This document shows, piece by piece, positions 17,110 to 31,477 of a stretch of DNA of 64,000 bases. This stretch comes from Macrostomum hystrix (taxonomy: Eukaryota; Animalia; Platyhelminthes): contig CATNEN010000025.1 in NCBI GenBank assembly GCA_950097015.1, positions 2,728,001 through 2,792,000 on the forward strand, in the 5' to 3' direction. Each line of letters opens with the position of its first letter. Position 1 is the first letter of the stretch. The notes under the pieces were generated by a model that was given only the letters and a program-made list of their open reading frames with translations, was not told the origin of the DNA and did not search any database. Both the position numbers and the translations under genes were made by a program.

Positions 17110-17945
17110 TTACCAGGATACTAAACTGGAACCGTACCAGGCACCTTAACAACTGGAATCGTACCAGGCGTCAAAAACTGAATCTTACAAGGTCAAGCCT
17201 TGACTGGAATCTTATCAAGAGCTTCAATTAAATTGGAATCGTTCCAGGACCCTTATTTGGAATCGTATTAGGAGCCTTATCTGGAATCGTACCAGGAGCC
17301 TTGATTGGAATCGTATCAGGAGTCCTAACTGGAATCGTACGAGGAGCCTGAACTGGAATCGTACCAGGAGCCTTAATTGGAATCGTACCAGGAACCTTAA
17401 CTGGAATCGTACCAGGAGCCTTAATTGGAATCGTATCAGGAGTCCTAACTGGAATCGTACCAGGAGCCTGAACTGGAATTGTACCCAGGAGCAATAAATG
17501 GTATAGTGTCAAGAGATCCAACTGGAATCGTACCAGGAACCTTAACTGGAATCGTACCAGTCTACTTAAATGGAATCGTACCAGGAGCCTTAACTGGAAT
17601 TGTACCCAGGAGCCTTATCAAGAATCGTACCAGGAGCCTCAACTGGAATCTTATCAAGAGCTTCATTTAAATTGGAATCGCACAAGGAGTCTTAACTGGA
17701 ATCTTATCAAGAACATCAAAATGGAATCGTACCAGGAGCCTTAACTGGAATTGTACCCAGGAGCCTTATCAAAAATCGAACCAGGAGCCTCAACTGGAAT
17801 CTTATCAAGAGCTTCATTTAAATTGGAATCGTTCAAGGAGCCTCAACTGGAATCTTATCAAGAGCTTCATTTAAATTGGAATCGCACAAGGAGTCTTAAC
17901 TGGAATCTTGTCAAGAACATCAAAATGGAATCGTACCAGAAGCTT
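17110..17945. repeat. About 24-bp degenerate minisatellite (AACTGGAATCGTACCAGGAGCCTT)n
   Basis: Read directly; 8-aa periodic ORF. Confidence 0.9.
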
Positions 17946-18001
17946 AGCCTTTACGAATTCGGGTCATCCGTCGGCTCATGGTTAACTGGAGGTGTATCTG
18001 T

Positions 18002-18092
18002 AAATGGCACATCATTTGGTGACACTAGTACCACAGCCAGCGAGTGAAATTCTGCCCATTTCACTGACTCCTGAGCACACACGCACACAGAT
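18002..18092 (-). mobile_element. SINE family B 3' fragment
   Basis: AATGGCACATCATTTGGTGACACTAG..CTCCTGAGCACACACGCACACAGATA matches family B. Confidence 0.75.
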
Positions 18093-18649
18093 ATGTAATT
18101 TTGTTATGTAAACAAATTTTGTTATGTAAATCGTTGTAATGACCATTATATTTTGGTAGACAATATACACTTGTAAATAGGTAAATAAGACAGTTGAAAA
18201 AAGCTAGCCAGTAAAAATCGTCACACTGAAATCACAGACAGAACATCGCAAAGATTCACTTTTAAATTAATTTTTTTTTTTTTTATGAATTACGAAAGTT
18301 TTATTCAGTAGTATGGTTAGTGATAGCACACGTCACGAAAAAAATAAAAAAACAATAGTTGTCAATCGTGACTACTTGCAACTAAGTAGTAGAATCCGTC
18401 AAATTTAATTAAAAAGAAAACAAAAAGGAAAAGAAAAGTTAATACTACGGCCTCCAGAAATTACAAAGATTTTTTGGCAGCCCTTGTCACAGACAAGAAT
18501 GAATCGTAGGGAGAAATTGAAATGTCTTAAACTCTGAATAAGAACAAATCGAAACATCTTATAGGCAAATAGTTTATAAACATTTTTAACAACAAACTAT
18601 ATAATAAATATTTTGTAAGAAACGCATAATGTTTAGGCTTTTTGGCTAT

Positions 18650-19031
18650 CAGTTATCACTATCTGTTTGAGTCTTTGTAGCTATCGACTATCAGTCAGCT
18701 GTTTGAGTCTTTGTAGCTATCTACTATCAGTCAGCTGTTTGAGTCTTTGTAGCTATCTACTATCAGTCAGCTGTTTGAGTCTTTGTAGCTATCTACTATA
18801 AGTCAGATGTTTGAGTCTTTGTAGCTATCGACTATCAGTTAGCTGTTTGAGTCTTTGTAGCTATCTACTATCAGTTAGCTGTTTGAGTCTTTGTAGCTAT
18901 TTACTATCAGTTAGCTGTTTGAGTCTTTGTAGCTATCGAGTATCAGTCAGCTGTTTGAGTCTTTGTAGCAATCGACTATCAGTCAGCTGTTTGAGTCTTT
19001 CTAGCTATCGACTATCAGTTAGCTGTTTGAG
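18650..19031. repeat. 36-bp minisatellite (GCTGTTTGAGTCTTTGTAGCTATCGACTATCAGTCA)n
   Basis: About 10 copies immediately downstream of the PDCD6 stop codon. Confidence 0.95.
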
Positions 19032-19046
19032 GCCTTCAACCGAGTC

Positions 19047-22155
<3,109 letters not shown>

Positions 22156-22379
22156 TTACTTTCATAAATCTAATTCCGTGGGATCTGAGATCGGCCGCGT
22201 GGTTTTAATGATTGGGCTTGTGGATTTTTAGCATTAGCCATGGAAGAAGTCCTAGGATCTAGGATCGGCCTCCGGGATTTTTTGGATTAGCCTGTCTTGG
22301 GGATCTAGCTGGCCCGTCGGCCTTGGGGATCTGGGATTGGCCATGAAAAGTTGGGATCATCGGCCTTGGCGATCTGGGA

Positions 22380-23690
22380 TTGGCCTTGGGGATTTTTGGA
22401 GTTGATATCCTTATCAATATCCTTTGGAGTGGATCTGGGATCGTCGGTCTTGGGGATCTGGGATCATCGGTCTTGGGGATCTGGGATCATCGGCCACCGG
22501 GATCTGGGATCATCGGTCTTGGGGATCTGAGATCGTCGGTCTTGTGGATCTGGGATCATCGGTCTTGGGGATCTGGGATCATCGGTCTTGGGGATCTGAG
22601 ATCATCGGTCATGGGGATCTGAGATCATCGGCCACCGGGATCTGGGATCATCGGTCTTGGGGATCTGGGATCATCGGTCTTGGGGATCTGGGATCATCGG
22701 TCTTGGGGATCTGGGATCATCGGTCATGGGGATCTGAGATCATCGGCCACCGGGATCTGGGATCATCGGTCTTGGGGATCTGAGATCATCGGTCTTGGGG
22801 ATCTGGGATCATCGGTCATGGGGATCTGAGATCATCGGCCACCGGGATCTGGGATCATCGGTCTTGGGGATCTGGGATCATCGGTCATGGGGATCTGAGA
22901 TCATCGGCCACCGGGATCTGGGATCATCGGTCTTGTGGATCTGGGATCATCGGTCTTGGGGATCTGAGATCATCGGTCATGGGGATCTGAGATCATCGGC
23001 CACCGGGATCTGGGATCATCGGTCTTGGGGATCTGGGATCATCGGTCTTGGGGATCTGGGATCATCGGTCATGGGGATCTGAGATCATCGGCCACCGGGA
23101 TCTGGGATCATCGGTCTTGGGGATCTGAGATCATCGGTCTTGGGGATCTGAGATCATCGGTCTTGGGGATCTGGGATCATCGGTCTTGGGGATCTGGGAT
23201 CATCGGTCTTGGGGATCTGAGATCATCGGTCTTGTGGATCTGGGATCATCGGTCTTGGGGATCTGGGATCATCGGTCTTGGGGATCTGAGATCATCGGTC
23301 TTGTGGATCTGGGATCATCGGTCTTGGGGATCTGGGATCATCGGTCTTGGGGATCTGGGATCATCGGCCACCGGGATCTGGGATCATCGGCCACCGGGAT
23401 CTGGGATCATCGGCCACCGGGATCTGGGATCATCGGTCTTGGGGATCTGAGATCATCGGTCTTGGGGATCTGAGATCGTCGGTCATGGGGATCTGAGATC
23501 ATCGGTCTTGGGGATCTGGGATCATCGGTCTTGGGGATCTGGGATCATCGGTCTTGGGGATCTGAGATCGTCGGTCATGGGGATCTGAGATCATCGGCCA
23601 CCGGGATCTGGGATCATCGGTCTTGGGGATCTGGGATCATCGGTCTTGGGGATCTGAGATCATCGGCCACCGGGATCTGGGATTATCGGT
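22380..23690. repeat. 23-bp minisatellite (GGGATCTGGGATCATCGGTCTTG)n upstream of PDCD6
   Basis: Read directly. Confidence 0.95.
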
Positions 23691-24618
23691 CTCAGGGGTC
23701 TGGAGTCGGCCTTGGGCCTAAGGAATATAGGGATATTATCTCAGAGTTGGGGTATTCGCACTGTTGATCCTAAGATCTTTGGAAAGAGATCTTTGGAAAT
23801 CATAAGAATAAGTGACGTTACGTTGTTACAAGTTAGCTAATACAGTACCCTCAGTACAGCTACATGTAGGTTAATTTGATACTCAAATGCAAGTAGTTAT
23901 CATTCCAGTCTCTTGTAGAAATAGTTAGGCAAATGTACGCAATTGTTAAATGCGGTTTAATCACGATCTCAAATGCACTCGTAGTTAGAAAATGTAGTGG
24001 AAGCCATCAGAAGCTATTGTACGCATTGTTAGTAACCAAGTTGGCTTTGAAGCAAAAACACCTTATCAAAAAGAAACTAACAAGGAGACATGGAAACGTT
24101 TAGTCGACATAAATTTGACTGCGGTCCTGGCTTTTTTATTTCAGAAACATTCAAAAAAGGCATCGCTTTTGTTATAATGTTTATTTCCTCCAGTTTAATT
24201 GCCGCCTAACTTAACTGTCTAAAAACAACAAGTAAGCAAAACAGACCGACAGACACAACGGATTAGTTAAATTAGCCAAAAAAAACACAAACGCAACAAC
24301 ACAACAATGTCTGGTAACAAGAAAATTTCAAACAACGACTCAATGAAATGAAATAATTAGACAATCAATCATAACAAACTATTCAGGTGATTTTTCACAG
24401 AAGAGAAGTGATACAAGCTAAAACATGAATCAGAAAATTGTCATCATTATTGATTATCCCGCCACCAGGACTATGTTAAAGGATGTTCCCAATTGGCACG
24501 TATCGTATATTTATCCTACTTTTAAATTCTTCCCATCACTAAATATATGATGGCAAAATGTTTAACTTCGAACTTCGGCAGGGACCAGATGTTTAAGCTA
24601 AGTATTTAAAAATGTAAT

Positions 24619-25898
24619 TTAACTAAGAATTGCTTTGCGAGCGGAATAGGCGTAGAACGAAGCGCCTAGCAGGGTCAGTACGGCCACGGTCTCCGAGTGC
24701 ACCCACAGGCTGTGCCGAACTCTCGGATAGTCGAACTCGATACGGGTCATTGGCTCGGGAACTGGGCCAGATTTGCCGGCCTCGCCGCGCTGGGCCTTCC
24801 TGTACAGGGCGTAGCCGTCCTCGTCGTACAGATCGATGGCGTAGGCTCCGGCTGGCAGGTAGGACTTCTCCGACTCGCTGAAGGTTACCTGGATGTTTAT
24901 GGGATGCGGGATTCGCGGGAGAAAGAAGGATATTGAATTTTTCATCTTAAGGCTGCGTACAGCTGTTCAGTCCATGGACAGCGGGGGCAGCCACACAAAC
25001 TTAAATTTATCTTTACTCCAGCTAATGCAGAGTCAGGGGTCGGTGGCAGAGCGGTTAACGCGTTTGCCACTCGCACCACAGTTCCTAAGTTCGATTCCAC
25101 GGCGAGGCCACATTTATTTGGGGCGCAGCCGCGGAGAGAAGGCTTGGAGGCTTGTCGTGCAATTTACGCCCTTGAGGGCCAACCTCCAAGGCACAGTGAG
25201 AGTGTACACTGCCTGACGATGAGAAAGTCAGGGCAGATGTACACACCTGTGTGAGCGTATGCCTGCGTTCAGTATCTGTGTGCGTGTGTGCTCAGGAGTC
25301 AGCGAAATGGGCAGAATTGCCTCCTCGCTGGCTGCGGGTCTAGTGTCACCAAACTATGTGTCATTGCCCGCAGCCCTCCTGCAATTATTATTATTATAAA
25401 TGCAGAGTCACAGACAGCTCAGTTAGCTAAAACATAGCTCACTGAGAAGATGTTTGAAATATGCATTTAACATCGAGTCTTTGTAGCTATCGATTATCAA
25501 TAGCTTATTAAAGTATTTGTTGTTATCGACCATCAATAGCTGAATGAGTCTCTGTTGCTATTGATTATTAAAAAGCTGTTTGAGTCTTTGTAGTTATCGA
25601 CCAGGCGAAATGAATCCCAGAGCAGTAGACTCACCTGATACTGTGACGAGTCCAGATCCTGGGCAGCCTGAACAGCTCGGCCCTTGAACACGGCATAGAC
25701 ATCCTGTGAGGCTGAGGCAGGCTTGTTAGCACACTGCACAGTGAAGGTGGCCGAAACAATGCCATGGTTAGAGAAGTGAGCATCAGCAGCTGTGTACACT
25801 GAGCTCTTCACTGTTGGCTTCTCACAGGAGCTGGCTAGTGCCGCACTGATGGCCAATGTGGCCAGAACAACTAGTTTAACAATATAACTGGCAGACAT
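24619..25898 (-). CDS. SSR4: Translocon-associated protein subunit delta (TRAP-delta)
   Basis: join(25635-25898, 24619-24888), 177 aa. Signal peptide, CEKPTVKSSVYTAADA, YQ|VTF, AGAYAIDLYDEDGYALYRKAQR, and C-terminal TM helix WVHSETVAVLTLLGASFYAYSARK align with known SSR4 motifs. Confidence 0.9.
24949..24996 (-). mobile_element. SINE family A internal fragment
   Basis: AAGGCTGCGTACAGCTGTTCAGTCCATGGAC is the reverse complement of the family A body. Confidence 0.7.
25036..25398 (+). mobile_element. tRNA-derived SINE, family B (full length, with TSD) in the SSR4 intron
   Basis: A box TGGCAGAGCGG, B box GTTCGATTCC, (ATT)n tail, 12-bp TSD AATGCAGAGTCA at 25024-25035 and 25399-25410; five further partial copies in the window. 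Confidence 0.92.
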
Positions 25899-28234
25899 AC
25901 TTGAATATGAATTTATACCTGTTGAATGCCTTTGGTAAGCTGAAAAGTTATAGTTTTTTAGAATCAGAGTTATTCTATGACTATGATGACAATCAGTACA
26001 AGTGCAAATATATTTTTTTATCTAGAGTATATATATCAAAAGGCAAATTTAAGTTTTCTATTTAACTATTTAAGCAAATTTATACAAAAAATTCCATTAC
26101 AAAGACAGCTTAGCTAGTTAGTAATTTTTAGGAGTGCAAATGTTAGTATGGATATAGCAATATATAAATATATTCAAAAGTCAATTGGCCTGAATGTTTG
26201 GTCAAAAGAATAGCCACAGCTATTGGAAAGCACATTTATCATTTATAAATAATACTTTTACCTAGTAGCATCAATATCACTTATAGTATTTGCTATACAT
26301 ACTTAATTTTTATAAGTTAAGAAAAAATATAGTACAATAATAGAAGACATGAAGCATACTTTCAATAGGTGATTACGTTTTACTAAATATAACAAGCTAA
26401 GTTGGTAGTATACAATTTATTAGCTTTAGTTATTCTTATACAAAGTGTTATAGTTTTAAAGCATTCAATGCCTATAGTAATTACCTATTTAAAACAAATT
26501 CAATAGGTAAACAATACAATATATAGACTAGAATATACATAACAAGTTATATGTTACATAAAATTGTTTGATGTTCTAGACAAAAGCTAAAATAATATAA
26601 CTAGATTTAAAACTAGCTAGCTACATTAGATATAAAAGTTTTAATCTTGGAGGAGCACCAACTGGTGCTAGGTAGTAGGCCCTATACAATATTCCTAAAT
26701 GCAGCTGGTCTTTCATTGGCTCATACTTAACATTTGGATTAGCATGCAGAATAGTGTGCAGAATTAGGCCCTACCACATGGTGTAGTATGCGGAATAGTG
26801 TGGTAAAAGTTTTCACAAGTGAAATAAATATGAAACAATACATAAATGACAATGATATTTAAAGTGGGTAAAAGGTCATAGCTACTTAAAAAAATAGAAA
26901 GCACTGCTGGTATGTGGTATAGCCATATGAATATGGCTAGTCATAATATTTAGGCCTATTTATATCTATATTAAGGCTATTACTATGCTATTGTAGTATT
27001 GGGACATTATATAGATGGGTTAATGTTACATGGAATGGCCAGCCAGCAGAGTGCAGGCATGCCTAAAAATAGAGTACAAACACAATTAACTTGCATACTG
27101 CGGGCGTTCTTTAAAAAGCGCATAGATGCATTGAGCAGCCAATAAGCCCAATACAATATAAAGTAATTTTTTACCGCAAAACACTGTGAACCGTGACCTC
27201 CGAACTCTTAGTTCTGCTGAATCGAAAATTTTAAAAGAAGCGATTACTAAAACAAAAAGCGATAATATAATGTTATAAACACGCATTCTCATGAATTTCG
27301 CAACATTTCAATGGAATTTCCTAAATAGCGATGTAGTAAAATTCATTTTAGTTAGGTCATTTAACTAAAATGAAATGTCGGGGCTGCATAGGCCGCCAAG
27401 GTTATTCATGACTTCATTAACTTTTTAAAGACAATATAATCATTTTGACAGCTTACTAAAATGCTGAAAAGTACTAAGAAAGGTACTAAGAAAAGTGGAA
27501 AATGTTTATTAGCGCATTGCCCTTTCGGAAAATAATAATAGGACGGATGCATGGCATTGTGACCAAGTAAAACAAATACACAAGAATAGTTTCTTTGTTA
27601 GCAGTTTTTATTGCCTTGTTAAAACCTTGCGCGAATAATTACTTCTGTTTATTTGCTGAGAGCAATGTCTGTTAAGAATAAGATTCTCAGTTTTTGAGGT
27701 GCCAATCTTTTTAGTTTGAAAAATGCATCACAATTTTTACGCACGGTAAATAGCTGGTGGCATCTGCATATAGAAATTATTCAATATACAGATACTTCTT
27801 CAATAAATACACCTTTGAACGTTCATGAAGTTAGCATTAAAACAAGCTATTGAGTCAGATGACTCCGAGGCTGTATTATATTAAAATGTATTCTCCTCGA
27901 TCTACTAACACTAATGACATTAAGGCCTTTTATATCATAAGCAGTTCTATGTATTATACATATAATATGTTCTAGACAAAAATTCTTATCATTTCTAGCC
28001 TTTAGTTGCTGCTAAGAAAGCTAATCCTAATTGCCGAGTTTACAATTTGTATAATGGAGGCAAAAATCTATAACTTTAAACTAAAGACTAGTTGCATTAT
28101 GTTTTCATTACATTTTTTTCTGCCACTTATTTATATTTTATGGTCAAAGTGACATTATCAATAAATAGTTTGCCCAACAACTTCAGCTGCTGACCACCTT
28201 TGCCTAAAAACACAAGTGAAGCCGACATCTGACA

Positions 28235-29775
28235 ATGTCCTCACCATTCATTCCATGCCTGTTGGACATGCAAAAGCACCTTTCAGCCAAAGAATTAATT
28301 TGCGACTGGAAGCTGCACACCTGCTTGCCTGCTCAGCAATCCGCTATCGCCGATTGGGAGAATCGAAACTGCTGCCAGCTGCCGCCAGATCTCAAGGCAT
28401 TCTACAGCACATCCGACGGCATGCACTTCAGCTACAGCGCGAAATGTGGCGAAGCCAAATCGCGCATCGGAGCATTCCGCATCAATTCATTGGACAGCTT
28501 AAGGCCAATTGTCGGCGGCCACTGCGACCTCGGCCAGGAGCGGCCATCCCTGGCTGACGCCGATGCCGATTCTGACCCGGCCGGCGTGTCGCTGACCTCC
28601 GCGGCGCGAGGAAATTGTCGAATCTTTGAGCTGGAGACTCTCGAGTGGCCGGGCCACGTCTGCCTGGTCTTACAGGCTGGTAGTCGGGCCGGTGTCTATC
28701 TGCTGGATAGGGCTATGCGATTTCATCTGTTGGCCGATTGCTTCCAGGTTGGCCTGGCATTTTTCTATACTTTTCGAGTACTCATTACTCATTATACAAA
28801 AGTTAATAATGCAATTGTTAGCGAAAAATATATACCATTAAGTAATTACAAGCAAGAACTATTGCGCATCAAAGATTGAAAATCGTATTTTTTGGAACAA
28901 ATCAATTACCCAAATCACAGAATAAATGCAAAATCATCAAACTTTTGGAGGTTGCAGCCTAGTGGTTAGAGCGTCGGACTCAAGAAGGTCGGGGTTCGAT
29001 TCCCGACTCAACAATTTGTGTCCTTTAGCAAGACACTCAACTCTGAACTGCTTCAGTTCACACAGCTGTTAAATGGGTACCAGCATCAGCTGGGGTAAAT
29101 GAGGGTTGGGTGTGGCATCCCACCCAGTCCATGGACTGAACAGCCGTACGCAGCCTTCAGATGCGCCGCGCAATAGCTGCGGCTGTGCTGTCGACCGCAC
29201 ATCTGGCCTAATTGTGGCAGGTGTAATCAATTAATTATTATTATCCCACTTAAACGAGGTTTCCGATAAGGATTCGAGCATTTTAGAAGTCAGCCAAAAA
29301 GTTTATGTTTCACAGCCATTTTGAATTGTTCTGTTCGCAGGACTATTACGCCCTGGCCCTGGCGCATCGCGGTCTGCTCCAGTGGCAGCTCTGCCTCACT
29401 GACATCGGCCCGACGCCAGGCGCTCGAGAATGGCTCTGCCTACTGGCGCCGCTAAGACTTGAAATTGACAGCGAAGCAGACAGGCAGCTGCTTCTGGGAG
29501 CAGACTCAGACTGTTCAACAGCAATGGAGCCAAGCCAGCAGCAGCAGCAGCCGGCCAGCGCGATCGACTGCGGCTTCGATCGAGAGCGAGTGTTTCGCGG
29601 AAAGCCGGCCACCGGTGGCGCTGGTGCCGCCACGAGCGGCGTCGGTGACAGGAAGCGCGCCGGTGCAGCGCCGGTCGGACGCGGCGGTGCTGCGCCCAGT
29701 CCGGGAGTTCGAAGATTCGCCGCCACCACCAAGGCGGCCATGGCCAAGTCTGCAGCACCGTTGGGCAAAAAGTGA
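28235..29775 (+). CDS. TPGS2: Tubulin polyglutamylase complex subunit 2
   Basis: join(28235-28747, 29341-29775), 315 aa. WENRNCCQLPPDLKAFYSTSDG, INSLDSL, VYLLDRAMRFHLLADCFQ|DYYALALAHRGLLQWQLCLTDIGPTPGAREW match TPGS2 motifs. Confidence 0.85.
28947..29244 (+). mobile_element. SINE family A (full length) in the TPGS2 intron
   Basis: Collinear with 4643-4950; A box TAGTGGTTAGAGC and B box GTTCGATTCC. Confidence 0.88.
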
Positions 29776-29819
29776 CGGCTGTTGAAAATGACAATTGTAA
29801 TTAACTTGGCCCTCTGGGA

Positions 29820-30190
29820 GGTGAGTTTGTACATGACCTGGCCGGATGTACACACCTGGCCGGATGTACACGACCTGTGTGGATGCACACACTTGGCCGG
29901 ATGTACACACCTGGGCGGATGTACACACCTGTGTGGATGTACACACCTGGCCGGATGTACACACCTGGCCGGATGTACACACCTGTGTGGATGTACACAC
30001 CTGGCCGGATGTACACACCTGTGCGGATGTACACACCTGTGTGAATGTACACACCTGGCCGGATGTACACACCAGCTGTGCGGACGTACACACCTGGGCG
30101 GATGTACACACCTGGCCGGATGTACACACCTGGCCGGATGTACACACCTGGCCGGATGTGCACACGTAGGAGGGTGTGCACACCTGGAAA
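29820..30190. repeat. 18-bp minisatellite (GGATGTACACACCTGGCC)n
   Basis: Read directly; unit matches a SINE-B segment (see findings). Confidence 0.93.
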
Positions 30191-30814
30191 TGTAAATTTT
30201 CAAAAAGGCATTTTTTTCTTAGTCTGCTGCAGGTCTAGTGCCTTATTTTTGTGATTTAATAGTAGTATACATAAAGTAGTATGCTTGCTGGAAACGAAGC
30301 AGAGTTTTTGCTCATGTATTGCATCGTAAATCTTATCAATAAATATACAACTCTTAATTTTAAAGAATTTCAACTAACAGACTGATAAGCTGCTACCTAG
30401 TTTTATTGATGTACATTGTTGCATGAATGTACATCTGGTCCTAATTGCTTCTATTTTCTCTTCCCCATCTTCCATTCAAGAATTCTATAATATAAACAAA
30501 ATAACGAACTGATACTGAGATCTGAGATCAACCTTGATTTCAAATTCAGCGCAAGGCCATGTCAAGATGTTGAGGATCTAATTCAATTAACTCTTTAATA
30601 ACCGCTGCTCGGAAGAAAAATGAATAAGCAGCACTGCTGCCTGCTTGTTCGCATATGAAACGCGCGTTTAATTTGTTTCTGCAGTAGACTAAATAGCAAA
30701 TTTAGGTCGAAAAATAGAAAACTTGCTTTTCATGCATTCATACAAAAATATTCACCGACTCATAATATGACAGATGGTGAAATAAATTCCAAAAAATTAT
30801 CTTTTGCAAAGCAA

Positions 30815-30905
30815 AGCATAACAACGCATAACAACGCATAGCAACACATCGCAACGCATGGCAACGCATAGCAACACATAGCAACGCATAGCAACACATA
30901 GCAAC
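30815..30905. repeat. 10-bp repeat (GCAACGCATA)n
   Basis: Read directly. Confidence 0.8.
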
Positions 30906-31477
30906 GCTAGTAAAAATAGTTCCCAGAACCCAGCAATTAAAATTATAAATGTTGATTTACGTATTCGTATTTAAATAAATTATAAAATCTTGCCTAAATT
31001 CGAGAATACGTTGTTGCATGTACAATGACGCTTTAAAACTCTATTGGAAACACGTGTAACTTGTAGCACCGACGATACTACTCAAGGTTACAGACAAAAA
31101 AGTTTAATTCGACAATATAAATTTCTAGACAGCTGTCTAATAAATTTACAGTTCCGTTAGGAGGTTTGAAAAAACGACAACTTTTTAATTGAATAAACTA
31201 ACGACTTTATAAGCGTTAGATAAAGTACTAATAAGTATTTAATGTTTGGAATTTCATAAAAAATAGTGAGTCTACTACTCGAGACCATATTTAGTAGCAT
31301 GCAGAGAAAATGAGCGCCGAAAATAATTCACGCCAGCTAAGAGTAATATTTGGATGCAGTTATAAGAACAAAGTCAACGAAATACACGAGTTATCCGTAT
31401 TGAATGTTAGTTGGGAAATATATATTCGATTTCTTAGTATCTATTACTTAATTTGAACTGATGAAAAAGCAATTTGT

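Noticed and set aside
25205-25315. Hammerhead ribozyme in SINE-B (CTGACGA..GAAA)
   Set aside because: No room for stem II in the short form and stem III/NUH cannot be formed in the long form; the segment is a simple hairpin whose loop varies among copies.
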